Positions 10,573 to 20,359 are shown, numbered from the stretch's first letter. The stretch: 64,000 nt of DNA from Deltaproteobacteria bacterium (GCA_040218735.1 JAVJQW010000022.1:128001-192000); one strand, 5' to 3'. Notes: generated from the letters alone by a model not told the origin. Numbers and translations: made by a program.

Positions 10573-12151
10573 ACACCCAGGCGGCGAGCCCGAGCCAACG
10601 ATCCAAGGTCGCGCGGTCGGCGCCCTCCGCAGGTGCGCCGTGCAGCGTCGTGCTCGCGGAGGTGAGCCAGTCGTCGAGCCGCAACGTGAGCGCGTCTGGC
10701 GCCGCGACGATCGGCGGCGGTTCGATCGGGACCCCGCCGTCGAGCAACCACATCGCGCGGCGGTCACGCACGAAGTAGCGCGTGGGGATGGAGAAGAGCA
10801 GCTCGATGACGTCGCGCGCGAGGAACGGCGCGACGGCGCGGCGCCCGTTGGTCTGCGCGAGTCGAATCAGCGCGGTGTGGGCGGCGGACAACGTGGCGTC
10901 CGTGGTCTCGGCGAAGCGGTGGTCGACGAAGACGTCCGTGGTCCAGCTCGGCGCGTCCGACGGCGCCTCGTCGAGGTACCCGGCGAATCGGCGCTGGACG
11001 ACGCCGGGGAGTCGCTTCGACCATCGCCGCGCGACGCCGCGTCCCACGTCGAGGACGTCGCGGTGCAGCTGCGGTGTTCCGAGTCGCCGGTCGACCGGCC
11101 ACGCGAGCCGCAGCAGATCGACGATCGCCTTGCTCCCCGGGTCGCGGTCCAGCGCGTGGGCGACCGCGCGGATCCACGCGCGCATCGCGGGCCCCGTGCC
11201 GCCGAGGGCTTCGCGGGCGCCCCAGTCGAACACGAGGTCGGTGCCGGGGTCGCGCACCAGCTTCGCGAGGGCGAGGAGGCGCGACAGCGGGACGGGGAGC
11301 TCAACGTGACGAGCGGCGCGGAGGATGGCGTCGGCGTCGGTCGTGACGAACTGTGCGTGCGCGCGTCTCTTCTTCGCGGCGAGGCGGCGGTCGAGGAAGG
11401 TCGTGAGCGCCGGCTCTCCGACCAACGCGACGTCGTTCTTGATGCGGGCGAGGGAGGTCTCGAGGAGATCGTCGAGCTCGGCGCGGGCCTCGTGCGCGGG
11501 GACCTCGCGCGGCACGCTGCGCGGCGCGAACGACCACACCGTGCGCTCGCGTTTCCGGCCGCTCTCGTAGATCACCACGGCGTGTCCGGGCGAGACGACT
11601 TCGACGTCGCGGTAGGGGCCGCGGTCGGCGGCGGGCCACCGCCCGTCCTCCGCCCAGCGGGTGAGGTCGTCGCGCGCGAGCTCGGGGTTCGGGACGTACT
11701 CGAGGCGCGTCGCGAAGACGGTGCGTTTGCCGTCGCGGACGTAGTGCAGGGCGGGGCTCCCGCCGGCGCCGCCCGAGCGCGCGAGCACGAGGCGTTTGTC
11801 GCGCCCGTCCCACACCACACATGCGTAGCGGCCGGTGAGGCGGAGGAAGGCGTCGGTGCCGAAGCGTGCATACGCGGCGGCGATCGACTGCGCGGCGTTC
11901 TTGGCGTTGGTGCCGAGGCTTCGGTCGATCGTCTCGCGGTTCGTCACGGGGCCGACGACGAACGCGATGACCTCGTCGTGCTCCCCGACGATGCGCGCGC
12001 TCGTCGAGTACCGCGCGGCGACGAACAGGGGCGCGACGTTCTTCTCGACGACGACGCCGTGGCGCCCGCCGACGCAGGCGAGCACCTCGGCGGCCCCCGG
12101 GGCGGGACCGCCATGGTGGAACACACCACCGACATCGACCGCACCCGCCAC
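10553..12151 (-). CDS. Degenerate asparagine synthetase (AsnB)-like protein
   Basis: Ntn-like segment (FLRLTGRYACVVWD, LVLAR, LHY, FAT, VSPGH) and C-terminal APFLARDVIE; no N-terminal Cys and no SGGxDS loop. Confidence 0.65.
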   Translation of the reverse strand: MAGAVDVGGVFHHGGPAPGAAEVLACVGGRHGVVVEKNVAPLFVAARYSTSARIVGEHDEVIAFVVGPVTNRETIDRSLGTNAKNAAQSIAAAYARFGTDAFLRLTGRYACVVWDGRDKRLVLARSGGAGGSPALHYVRDGKRTVFATRLEYVPNPELARDDLTRWAEDGRWPAADRGPYRDVEVVSPGHAVVIYESGRKRERTVWSFAPRSVPREVPAHEARAELDDLLETSLARIKNDVALVGEPALTTFLDRRLAAKKRRAHAQFVTTDADAILRAARHVELPVPLSRLLALAKLVRDPGTDLVFDWGAREALGGTGPAMRAWIRAVAHALDRDPGSKAIVDLLRLAWPVDRRLGTPQLHRDVLDVGRGVARRWSKRLPGVVQRRFAGYLDEAPSDAPSWTTDVFVDHRFAETTDATLSAAHTALIRLAQTNGRRAVAPFLARDVIELLFSIPTRYFVRDRRAMWLLDGGVPIEPPPIVAAPDALTLRLDDWLTSASTTLHGAPAEGADRATLDRWLGLAAWVFSRHPA

Positions 12152-12239
12152 CTCGAATCGTCATGGCGCGCCGCGAAGTCCGCGTCAACGCCGGCCGCTT
12201 TGACAGGCGTACGGCCCGACGCTACGCAGTCTTTCACCC

Positions 12240-13142
12240 ATGCGACGCAAAGGCATCATCTTGGCGGGGGGCTCCGGGACCCGCCTCCACCCCCTCACGC
12301 TGGCGATGAGCAAGCAGCTCATGCCGATCTACAACAAGCCGATGATCTACTACCCGCTGTCCGTCCTGATGCTGGCGGGCATCCGGGACGTGCTGATCAT
12401 CTCGACGCCGCACGACCTCCCGCACTTCAAGAACCTCCTCGGTGACGGCGCGTCGATCGGCATGCGGTTCGAGTACGCCGAGCAGCCGAAGCCCGAAGGG
12501 CTGGCGCAGGCGTTCACGATCGGCGCCGACTTCCTCGACGGCGCGCCCGCCGCGCTCGTGCTCGGCGACAACGTCTTCTACGGCCACGGTCTGCAGGAGA
12601 AGCTGTTCCGCGTGGCGTCCGGCGACGGCAACGCGACCGTGTTCGGCTACTACGTGAAGGACCCGGAGCGGTACGGCGTCGTGGAGTTCTCGCCCGACGG
12701 GCGGGCGGTCGGCCTCGAGGAGAAGCCGGCGGAGCCGAAGTCGAACTACGCGGTCGTGGGGCTGTACTTCTACCCGGAGGACGTCGTCGAGCACGCGCGT
12801 GCGCTGAAGCCGTCTAAGCGCGGTGAGCTCGAGATCACCGACCTCAACCGACGTTACCTGGAGGCCGGTCGCCTGAACGTCGAGCTGCTCGGGCGCGGCG
12901 TCGCGTGGCTCGACACGGGGACACACGCCAGCCTGTTGCAGGCGGCGACGTTCATCGAGGCGGTCGAGGAGCGGCAGTCCTTGATGATCGCGTGCATCGA
13001 AGAGGTCGCGTTCCGGATGGGCTTCATCGATCGTGAGGCGCTCGCGAAGCTGGGCGAGGCGCTCGGCAAGTCACCGTACGGTCAGTACCTGCTGCGCGTC
13101 GCGAAGGAGGAGAGCACGATGGACCTGGGGCGTCGGCCGTGA
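12240..13142 (+). CDS. rfbA: Glucose-1-phosphate thymidylyltransferase (RmlA)
   Basis: [46 protein letters not shown]. Confidence 0.97.
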   Translation: MRRKGIILAGGSGTRLHPLTLAMSKQLMPIYNKPMIYYPLSVLMLAGIRDVLIISTPHDLPHFKNLLGDGASIGMRFEYAEQPKPEGLAQAFTIGADFLDGAPAALVLGDNVFYGHGLQEKLFRVASGDGNATVFGYYVKDPERYGVVEFSPDGRAVGLEEKPAEPKSNYAVVGLYFYPEDVVEHARALKPSKRGELEITDLNRRYLEAGRLNVELLGRGVAWLDTGTHASLLQAATFIEAVEERQSLMIACIEEVAFRMGFIDREALAKLGEALGKSPYGQYLLRVAKEESTMDLGRRP

Positions 13143-14008
13143 AGCGCGTTGCGGTGATCGGGGCCGCCGGGCAGCTCGGCTCGGCGCTGGTGAAGGTGCT
13201 CGAAGAGCGCGGGTTGGAGCCGGTCCCGTTCACCCGCGGCGCGCTCGACGTCTGCGACCACGACGGGACGAAGGCGACGCTCGCCGAGGCGCGGCCGGAC
13301 GCGGTGATCAACACGGCGGCGTACCTCGCGGTCGACCTCGCCGAAGACGAGGTCACCCAGGCCTTCGCGGTCAACGCGATCGCGGTGAAGAACCTCGCGC
13401 TGGTGACGGCGGCGCTCGACGTCCCGCTGGTGCACGTCAGCACCGACTACGTGTTCGGCGCCGACGCCTCGCGGAGCACGCCGTACACGGAGACGGACGC
13501 GCCGGGGCCGCAGGGGGTGTACGGCAACTCGAAGCTCGCCGGGGAGTACTTCGTCCGCGAGTACGCGCCGAAGCACTACGTCGTGCGGAGCGCGGGGCTC
13601 TACGAGACGATCGGGAGCCGCAAGAAGGGCGGCAACTTCATCGAGACGATGTTGAAGCTCGCCGCCGCGGGGCGCTCGCTGAAGGTGGTCGAGGACCAGG
13701 TCCTCACGCCGACGTACACGCCGGATCTCGCGGCGGCGATCGTCGAGCTCCTGCGTACGGAGGCCTACGGGCTGTACCACGCGACGAACGGCGGAGACTG
13801 CTCGTGGTACGCGTTCGCCGGCGCGATCTTCGAGCTCGCGGGCGTCGAGGCCGACCTGTCGCCCACGACGACGGCCGAATACGGTGCGAAGGCGCCACGT
13901 CCGGCGTACTCGGTCCTCGACAACACCAAGCTGCATGCGGCCGGTGTCACGCCGCTACGGAGCTGGCGAGACGCGTTAGCTGCATATCTTTCGCGGCGAA
14001 ATGCGTGA
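13139..14008 (+). CDS. rfbD: dTDP-4-dehydrorhamnose reductase (RmlD)
   Basis: [18 protein letters not shown] (SDR YxxxK), [13 protein letters not shown]; GTGA overlap with rfbA. Confidence 0.94.
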   Translation: MKRVAVIGAAGQLGSALVKVLEERGLEPVPFTRGALDVCDHDGTKATLAEARPDAVINTAAYLAVDLAEDEVTQAFAVNAIAVKNLALVTAALDVPLVHVSTDYVFGADASRSTPYTETDAPGPQGVYGNSKLAGEYFVREYAPKHYVVRSAGLYETIGSRKKGGNFIETMLKLAAAGRSLKVVEDQVLTPTYTPDLAAAIVELLRTEAYGLYHATNGGDCSWYAFAGAIFELAGVEADLSPTTTAEYGAKAPRPAYSVLDNTKLHAAGVTPLRSWRDALAAYLSRRNA

Positions 14009-14042
14009 TCGGTGCGTGCTGCGTAGGCACGCTTCTGGCAAA

Positions 14043-14078
14043 ACAACTTGCGGTATTGAGTGGATTATGCTAAGTTGT
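14043..14078 (+). promoter_or_regulatory. Putative sigma70 promoter overlapped by an inverted repeat
   Basis: -35 TTGCGG (14048-53), 17-nt spacer, extended TG (14068-69), -10 TAAGTT (14071-76); ACAACTT (14043-49) and AAGTTGT (14072-78) form an inverted repeat; locally AT-rich. Confidence 0.55.
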
Positions 14079-14291
14079 ATCCATTGAATAGACGGCAGGA
14101 TCAACCCATTCGATACCTCGAAAACATTTCGAAATCCTCCCAGCTCCTGCCCGGACCAACCTAGGCCCACGAGGCGCGTCCCTTCGACTTTCCCACCTCG
14201 GACGCGACCTCACGCAACACCACTCTCGAACAGACTGAACGCACTACGTGGCGCACCGCACGCGTGCGCCCTGGCCCAAGGAGGACCTATT

Positions 14292-15251
14292 TTGAGCACC
14301 GCCATCGATACCCACACCATGACCCCGCGCCTCTTCACCCACACGCTCCGTCCCGAGTGGGGCATGGGCCTCGTCGTCGCGGACGAGCCCGAGCGCCTGC
14401 GCCTGCAGTGGGAGGACGGCGAAAACCGCACCTTCGCGCGTGACTACCTGGGCCTGCTCGAGAACGTCGAGCCGGAGGCCGACGACACGGAGACCGAGCG
14501 CGTGCTCGAGAAGCTGATGCGCGCCGTCGGCGTCTCGCGGGTCCGCGCTCGCATCATGAAGCGCGGCGCGACCGACCGCCCGATGCAGCTCGACGAGCAG
14601 ATCGCCGCGTTCAAGGAGCAGTACCCGAAGGGGTTCTCGGACCCGGCGTGGCTGTCGGCCTCGCGCGGCGTCGGCGCCAAGCGTCAGCTGAAGCGTCATC
14701 GTGACCCGTCGATCGCCGACGCGCGTCGCATCTTTGCCCGCGACCGCATGAAGAGCCTCCGCGACGAAGGCAAGAGCGGCGTGCTCTGGAACGGCTTCAT
14801 CGAGGTGCTGAAGAAGACGGACCTCGCGACGATGAAGACCGACGTGAAGCCGCTGTCGGACGTCGGCGCCGCGGAGCAGGCGGTCGCCATGCGTCGCCTC
14901 TACGACTTGCTGTACGTGGACGGCTCGATGACGTCGCAGTTCAACCACTGGCTCGCGTCGATCACGTTCGGCGACAACACGCCGAGCTGGGCGCTCGCGA
15001 CGACGGTGCCGGCGCTCGTGCAGCCGGACCGCCACTTCTCGGTCCGCCCGACGAAGGTGCGTCAGCAGGCGAAGTGGATGGCGCCGAAGCTCAAGGTGGG
15101 GCGCTCTCCGATCGGCCAGACCTACCAGGAGATCGTGACGATGGCGCTCGCCGTGAAGACCTCGCTCGAGCTCGAAGAGGTCGAGCCCGCCGACCTGGTG
15201 GACGTCGCCGACTTCATGGCCGACACGCTCACCAACAAGCGCAAGAAGTGA
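14292..15251 (+). CDS. Hypothetical protein with a small N-terminal SH3/Tudor-like domain
   Basis: AAGGAGG RBS before TTG; strong host codon bias; HTLRPEWGMGLVV...WEDG N-terminus; followed by a hairpin. Confidence 0.8.
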   Translation: MSTAIDTHTMTPRLFTHTLRPEWGMGLVVADEPERLRLQWEDGENRTFARDYLGLLENVEPEADDTETERVLEKLMRAVGVSRVRARIMKRGATDRPMQLDEQIAAFKEQYPKGFSDPAWLSASRGVGAKRQLKRHRDPSIADARRIFARDRMKSLRDEGKSGVLWNGFIEVLKKTDLATMKTDVKPLSDVGAAEQAVAMRRLYDLLYVDGSMTSQFNHWLASITFGDNTPSWALATTVPALVQPDRHFSVRPTKVRQQAKWMAPKLKVGRSPIGQTYQEIVTMALAVKTSLELEEVEPADLVDVADFMADTLTNKRKK

Positions 15252-15259
15252 ATCACGCT

Positions 15260-15283
15260 CGCGCGGGGCGTCCGCCCCGCGCG
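15260..15283. terminator. GC-rich hairpin between convergent genes
   Basis: CGCGCGGGGCG-TC-CGCCCCGCGCG perfect inverted repeat, no long U tract. Confidence 0.6.
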
Positions 15284-15598
15284 TTACTTGCTGGCGAACT
15301 TGGCCGGGTCGGCCTTGAAGTCCTCGTCGCACCCCGCACAACAGAACGCGTAGTGGCGGGCTTCGTGCTCGATCACGACGGTGTCTTCCTCGACCTCGAA
15401 CACCTCGCCGCTGACCGGGCACTTGGCCTGCGTGCCGGCCTTCGGCTTCTCGGCGAACGACGTCGGGACCGGCTGGCTCGCGGCCTTCTCCGGCTGCGCG
15501 GCCTTCTTCGCCGAGTCCGTGGTCGGCGCCGCGGCCTCCTTGCAGGCGAAGCTCATCGCGAAGACGAGGGTGAACAGCGTGGCGATCAGGATGCGCAC
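15284..15598 (-). CDS. YHS/TRASH-domain lipoprotein (metal binding)
   Basis: Lipobox SFAC; CPVSG...YAFCCAGC...FKADP. Confidence 0.82.
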   Translation of the reverse strand: MRILIATLFTLVFAMSFACKEAAAPTTDSAKKAAQPEKAASQPVPTSFAEKPKAGTQAKCPVSGEVFEVEEDTVVIEHEARHYAFCCAGCDEDFKADPAKFASK

Positions 15599-15638
15599 GC
15601 CCCTTAACTAGCGACAACGACCCGGCGAGACAACGAAA

Positions 15639-16223
15639 TCAGGGCACGAGGGCGACGCAGGCGAGCGCGGTCATGACACCGCCGATCGCGGAGCCCAGGA
15701 GCGTCTCGAGCGGGGTGTGATTCTCGGTCCGAACGCGCGCCCACGCGACGATGGGGACGAGCACGAAGAGGGGCGCGGCGGTGAGGCCGTAGACCCACGT
15801 CGCGGAGGTCGCGACGCCCATCAGGCCGGCGCAGTGAATCGAGGGCTTCACGGTGCGGTTGAAGGCGAACAACGCGAGCGTGACCCCGAGCGCCGCCCAG
15901 CACATCGCGGTCGCGAGGGGAAAGGGGTACACCCAGGTGAAGATCGCGGCGGCGACGGCGAGCGAAATCGCCGCGACCGGGTAGAGGAAGCGCCGGTTCT
16001 CACGGCGCACCAGGTAGAGGTCGTCGCCGAGCCAGCCCAGCCGAAACGCGAGGCCCGTCGTGGCGAGCGGGAGCACCACGCAGACGCCGGTCACGAGCGC
16101 GGCGATGGACCAGAGCCGGGCCGTGAGGCCGCCTTCGTGCTCGATCGCCGCGTACAGCGCGACGAAGAACCCCGGCACGACCGGGTGGAAAACCAGCGCG
16201 AGGACGCGCGCGAAGGACCTCAC
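15639..16223 (-). CDS. Hypothetical multi-pass membrane protein (PAP2-like C-terminus)
   Basis: About 6 hydrophobic helices; KPSIH and WARV...HT motifs. Confidence 0.7.
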   Translation of the reverse strand: MRSFARVLALVFHPVVPGFFVALYAAIEHEGGLTARLWSIAALVTGVCVVLPLATTGLAFRLGWLGDDLYLVRRENRRFLYPVAAISLAVAAAIFTWVYPFPLATAMCWAALGVTLALFAFNRTVKPSIHCAGLMGVATSATWVYGLTAAPLFVLVPIVAWARVRTENHTPLETLLGSAIGGVMTALACVALVP

Positions 16224-17206
16224 CGCGCCACCGCGGCGTAGACCTCACGGTGCCGCTCCGCGACGGACGCCCACGACATCGTCTCGGCGCGCGCGCGTGC
16301 GATCGCGGGGGCGATGGGGTCGGCGAGTGCGGCGTCGAGCGCGTCGAGGTGGGCGTCGAGCGCGCCCGCCGGGGCGAAGCGTGCGACGTCTTCGTCCAGG
16401 TAGGTCGAGGCGCCCGCGTACGCGGAGGTCACGACGCCCAGCCCGCAGGCGAGCGCCTGCAGGACGGTGTTGCTCGCGCTGCCGCCGCGCAGCGGGAGGA
16501 AGAGGACGCCGGCGGACTGGAAGAGCTCGAGGAGCGACGCGTCGGAGATGTCGTGGTGGCACCGCACGTGGTCGTAGCCGGCGAAGCGACGACCGACCGC
16601 TTCGGGGATCACGAGGTCGAACTCGAGGTCGGGGCGGCGCGCGACGGCGGCGAGCAGGAGGTCGAAGTCGCGCAGGTGGTTGCCCACGGTGAGCACGTGG
16701 CGGCCGCGCGCTCCGCCGGGGCGCCAGTAGTCGACGTCCACACCGAGGGTCAGCCGGAACACCCGCGGGACGCGCGACGACCAGACCGCCTCGTTGTGTT
16801 CGTCGAGGACGATCACGGCGTCGAGCTGCGACCACACGCGGGGGGAGCGCACCAGCGCGTCGAAGCGCTCGGGGGGTTGGTGGAACGTCGCGACGACCTT
16901 GTGGCGCGGATCGATTCGCCCGGTCGCGAGCAACAGATCCTCGCCGTACATCACGTGCACCACGCCGGGCGCACCCCGCGCGCGCAACGCGAGCTCGAGC
17001 TCCGCGACGAGCGAAGGCGCGCCGTACCACGCCGTCCGCGTGAACGGCTTCCACAGCCGACGCGTCGCGGCGCCGGCCACCCGCCACAGGCGCCCGGACG
17101 GCGCGGTGACGACGGCGTCGGCGTCGAGGTGCCGCACGAGCTGGTTGTACCCCGCGCGGGTCTTGTGGTGCGGCATCCGCTTCGTGACGAGGTACAGCGG
17201 CGGCAC
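16220..17206 (-). CDS. Glycosyltransferase family 4
   Basis: ATFHQP, LGVDVDYW, VGNHLRD, SNTVLQALACG, MSW; overlaps neighbours. Confidence 0.8.
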   Translation of the reverse strand: MPPLYLVTKRMPHHKTRAGYNQLVRHLDADAVVTAPSGRLWRVAGAATRRLWKPFTRTAWYGAPSLVAELELALRARGAPGVVHVMYGEDLLLATGRIDPRHKVVATFHQPPERFDALVRSPRVWSQLDAVIVLDEHNEAVWSSRVPRVFRLTLGVDVDYWRPGGARGRHVLTVGNHLRDFDLLLAAVARRPDLEFDLVIPEAVGRRFAGYDHVRCHHDISDASLLELFQSAGVLFLPLRGGSASNTVLQALACGLGVVTSAYAGASTYLDEDVARFAPAGALDAHLDALDAALADPIAPAIARARAETMSWASVAERHREVYAAVAR

Positions 17207-17207
17207 G

Positions 17208-18335
17208 TCACGCTCCCAGCGCGCGGCGGACGGCGTCGATGATCGTGGTGCGCTCCTCCAGCGTCAGCGAAGGGCGAATCGGAAGCGCGAGCGTCTCGTG
17301 CGCGGCGCGTTCGGCGTGGACGAGATCCCCCTCGCGGTAACCGAGCGAGGCGAACACCGGCTGCAGGTGAAGCGGCGTCGGGTAGTAGATCTTCGTCTCG
17401 ATGCCCTCGGCGGTGAGCGCTTCGCGGACGCGGTCGCGCGCGGCGCCGAGGCGAACGACGTACTGGTGGTGCGCGTGACGCGCCGGCGGTGAGGGGCGCG
17501 TCGGGACGACGATCGACAGCTGAGCGAAGGCGTCGTCGTACGCGGCGGCGTTGAGCTCGCGTCGGCGTCGCTTCGAGTCGAGGTGCTCGAGCTTGACGAG
17601 GAGCGCGGCCGCCTGGAGCGCGTCGAGGCGGTGGTTGCCGCCGAGCCGTTCGTGGACGAGCCGATCCGACATCCCGTAGCTCCGGAGGCTCCGGATGCGT
17701 TCGGCGACTTCGTCGTCGTTCGTGACCACCGCGCCGCCGTCGCCCAGCGCGCCGAGGTTCTTGGTCGGGAAGAAGGAGAAGCAACCCAGCTTGCCGTGGG
17801 TGCCGACGTGGCGGCCGTCGTTGGCGATCGCGTCCACCCCCTGCGCGGCGTCCTCGACGATCCAGATCCCGCGCGGGCGCGTGAGCGCGCGGAGCCCCTC
17901 GAGGTCGGCGGCGAGGCCGAACAGGTGCACGGGGAGCACGACCTTGGTCCGCGCGGCGCGCGGGTCGTTCGCGAGGAAGTGGGCGAGGGCGTCGGGATCC
18001 AGGTTGAACGTGACGGGGTCGATGTCGACGAACGCGACCTCGGCGCCGAGCCGCGCGGCGACGCCGGCCGGGGAGTAGAACGTGTACGGCGTGGTGACGA
18101 CGACGTCGCCGGGGCCGACTTCGCGTTCGTGGAGCGCGAGGGTGAGGGCGTCGGTCCCGCTGGAGACGCCGATTGCGTGCGCGGCGCCGACGTAGCGGGC
18201 GAACGCGCCCTCGAAGGCCGACAGCGTCTCCCCCATGATGTAGCTGCCGCTGTCGATCGCGTCCTTCACCGCGGCGTGCAGCGCCTCGGCGAAGGGGGCG
18301 TGTTCGCGCGCCAGATCGACGAACGGGATCTTCAC
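17208..18335 (-). CDS. DegT/DnrJ/EryC1/StrS PLP-dependent sugar aminotransferase
   Basis: MKIPFVDL, SSGTDAL, PVHLFG, EDAAQ, SFFPTKNLGALGDGG, RLDALQAA. Confidence 0.95.
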   Translation of the reverse strand: MKIPFVDLAREHAPFAEALHAAVKDAIDSGSYIMGETLSAFEGAFARYVGAAHAIGVSSGTDALTLALHEREVGPGDVVVTTPYTFYSPAGVAARLGAEVAFVDIDPVTFNLDPDALAHFLANDPRAARTKVVLPVHLFGLAADLEGLRALTRPRGIWIVEDAAQGVDAIANDGRHVGTHGKLGCFSFFPTKNLGALGDGGAVVTNDDEVAERIRSLRSYGMSDRLVHERLGGNHRLDALQAAALLVKLEHLDSKRRRRELNAAAYDDAFAQLSIVVPTRPSPPARHAHHQYVVRLGAARDRVREALTAEGIETKIYYPTPLHLQPVFASLGYREGDLVHAERAAHETLALPIRPSLTLEERTTIIDAVRRALGA

Positions 18336-19096
18336 GTCTTCTTCTTCGCTCGGGTGAGCTCGGCGTACGCCTTCACGACGTCGGGGATGTCGCCCTGCGT
18401 GACGACCTCACCGCGCTCCAGGAGGATCATCCGCGTGCAGAGGCGCTTCAGCTCCTCCATGTTGTGCGAGACGATCACCACGGTGGCGTCCTCGTCCTTC
18501 ACCATCTCCTCGATGCGGTTCACGGAGCGCTGCCGGAACGCGGCGTCGCCCACGGCGAGGGCTTCGTCGATCAGCAGGATCTCCGGCTTCACGGCGGCGG
18601 CCACCGAGAACCCGAGGCGCGCGCGCATGCCGGAGGAGTAGGTGCGCAGCGGCTGGTGGATGAACTCGTCGAGGTCGGCGAACTCCACGATCTTGTCGGC
18701 GAGCTGCTCCATCTCCTCGGGGGCGTAGCCGCTGATCGCGCCGGAGAGTTTGATGTTCTCGTAGCCGGTGAGCTCGTCGCGGAAGCCCGCGCCCAGCTCG
18801 AGGAGCGAGGAGATGCGGCCCTTCGTCTCGACGTGCCCCTTGTCGGGCTCGTAGATGCCGCACACCACGCGCAACAGCGTGCTCTTCCCCGAGCCGTTGC
18901 GACCGACGAGGCCGATCACCTCGCCGCGCTGCACTTCGAACGACACGCCGTTGAGCGCCCAGAAGTCGCGCTTGCGGTCGGGGTGGCGGCGCCCGGTGAC
19001 GAGCTCGAGGAACGCCTCCTTCACGCCGCGCGCGCGGTAGCGGACGATCGGGAAGGAGAGGTGCACGTCCTCGACGGTGATGACCGCGGTGCTCAC
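18332..19096 (-). CDS. wzt: Polysaccharide ABC exporter ATP-binding subunit (Wzt)
   Basis: FWALNGVSF, GRNGSGKST, YSSGMRARLGFS, LLIDEAL, VSH; GTG at 19096 overlaps the wzm stop; no C-terminal carbohydrate-binding domain. Confidence 0.92.
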   Translation of the reverse strand: MSTAVITVEDVHLSFPIVRYRARGVKEAFLELVTGRRHPDRKRDFWALNGVSFEVQRGEVIGLVGRNGSGKSTLLRVVCGIYEPDKGHVETKGRISSLLELGAGFRDELTGYENIKLSGAISGYAPEEMEQLADKIVEFADLDEFIHQPLRTYSSGMRARLGFSVAAAVKPEILLIDEALAVGDAAFRQRSVNRIEEMVKDEDATVVIVSHNMEELKRLCTRMILLERGEVVTQGDIPDVVKAYAELTRAKKKT

Positions 19097-19863
19097 AGGA
19101 ACTTCACCGCCTTCTTCTCGTACTTCTTGAAGTACAGCGCGCCACCGACGAACGTGAGGATCGCGATGCCCACGCCGTACGCCATGTAGAGGTCGCTGAA
19201 CGCGTACGGCTCGTTCATGACGGCGCTGCGTCCGAGCGAGATGTAGATCGACAGCGGGTTCAGCAGGTACACGCCGAGGATCTCCTCGGGCACGCGCGTG
19301 ATCGGGTAGATGAGCGGCGACCCGTAGAACAGCAGGCGCAGCGTCACGCGAATGACGTAGCCGACGTCCCGGTACAGCGCGTTCACGCAGGCCACGAAGA
19401 ACGCGATGCCCGTCGCGAACAGCGTGATGAGGAGCGCCGCGATCGGGAAGAAGATGATCCGCCACCCCGGTACCGCCTCGTAGACGAAGAGGAACGGCAC
19501 CACCGCGAACATCGACAGGCCGAACACGACGAGGTTGCTGCCGACGTGTGCGTACACGAACACTTCGCGCGGGATGTAGACGCGGCGGATGAGCGAGGCG
19601 TTCGACGTGAGCGACACCGCGCCGGCCTGCACGATGGCGCCGAAGAGGTTGTAGGGCAGGACGCCGAGGATGACGATCAGCGCGTAGCCGGGCTCGTCGA
19701 CGCGCGCGATGACGTCGAACAGGAAGTAGTAGATGCCGACGAGCGACAGCGGCTCGAGCAGCGACCACAGGTAACCGAGCAGGGTGCCGCGGTATTTGAC
19801 CTTGAGATCGCGCTTGATGAAGTTCTCGAGAACGTACTGGTTCTCTTGGATGACGCGAAGCAC
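19093..19863 (-). CDS. wzm: Polysaccharide ABC exporter permease (Wzm)
   Basis: RDLKVKYRGTLLGYLWSLLEP, YRD, YGSPLIYP, LNP; about 6 TM helices. Confidence 0.93.
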   Translation of the reverse strand: MLRVIQENQYVLENFIKRDLKVKYRGTLLGYLWSLLEPLSLVGIYYFLFDVIARVDEPGYALIVILGVLPYNLFGAIVQAGAVSLTSNASLIRRVYIPREVFVYAHVGSNLVVFGLSMFAVVPFLFVYEAVPGWRIIFFPIAALLITLFATGIAFFVACVNALYRDVGYVIRVTLRLLFYGSPLIYPITRVPEEILGVYLLNPLSIYISLGRSAVMNEPYAFSDLYMAYGVGIAILTFVGGALYFKKYEKKAVKFL

Positions 19864-19903
19864 CCCGGACGGCCTTTCGCGCCCCTCATGTCACGAATCT
19901 CGT

Positions 19904-20257
19904 TCAGTCGGCAAACGTTCGACGCTGCAATAGACCTCGCGCCACGAACAGCAGCGCTGCCAGCACCCCGAACACCAGCGCGAGGCCGATGTTGTGCAGG
20001 GACTCACCGACGCCGAGGAGCGTGATCGGGTACTGGTCGGGCTGCGGCAGGCGCTGGATCGCCGAGAAGGTGCGGATGACCCCGGCCGTGAATCCGAGCA
20101 GCCCCGAGATCCCGGTCGCGACGAGCGCCGCCGGGATCGCCGAGCCCACGGGGCGAGACGGGCGGACGAGCGCGCGCACGAGGAGCGCCACGGCCAAGGT
20201 TCCGAAGACGGTGGTCGGGTACATCCCCCAGCCACCGAGTTGATAGGCATCGAGCAT
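19904..20257 (-). CDS. Small 3-TM membrane protein, MotA/TolQ/ExbB-like
   Basis: GGWGMYP, GLLGFTAGVIRTFSAI, GVGESL; only the last 117 codons of the long shadow ORF look coding. Confidence 0.65.
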   Translation of the reverse strand: MLDAYQLGGWGMYPTTVFGTLAVALLVRALVRPSRPVGSAIPAALVATGISGLLGFTAGVIRTFSAIQRLPQPDQYPITLLGVGESLHNIGLALVFGVLAALLFVARGLLQRRTFAD

Positions 20258-20359
20258 CGATAGGTTCCCTCCTAGCGGGAGGGACAGCGGGCGAGGCGTG
20301 GCGGTTCCCCGCGCGCGACGTTTCCCGAGGCGTATGTCATACTCTTCCACCGATCCCTC

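Noticed and set aside
12240-14008. rmlA and rmlD without rmlB and rmlC
   Set aside because: Split rml loci are common; the other genes may lie elsewhere in the genome.
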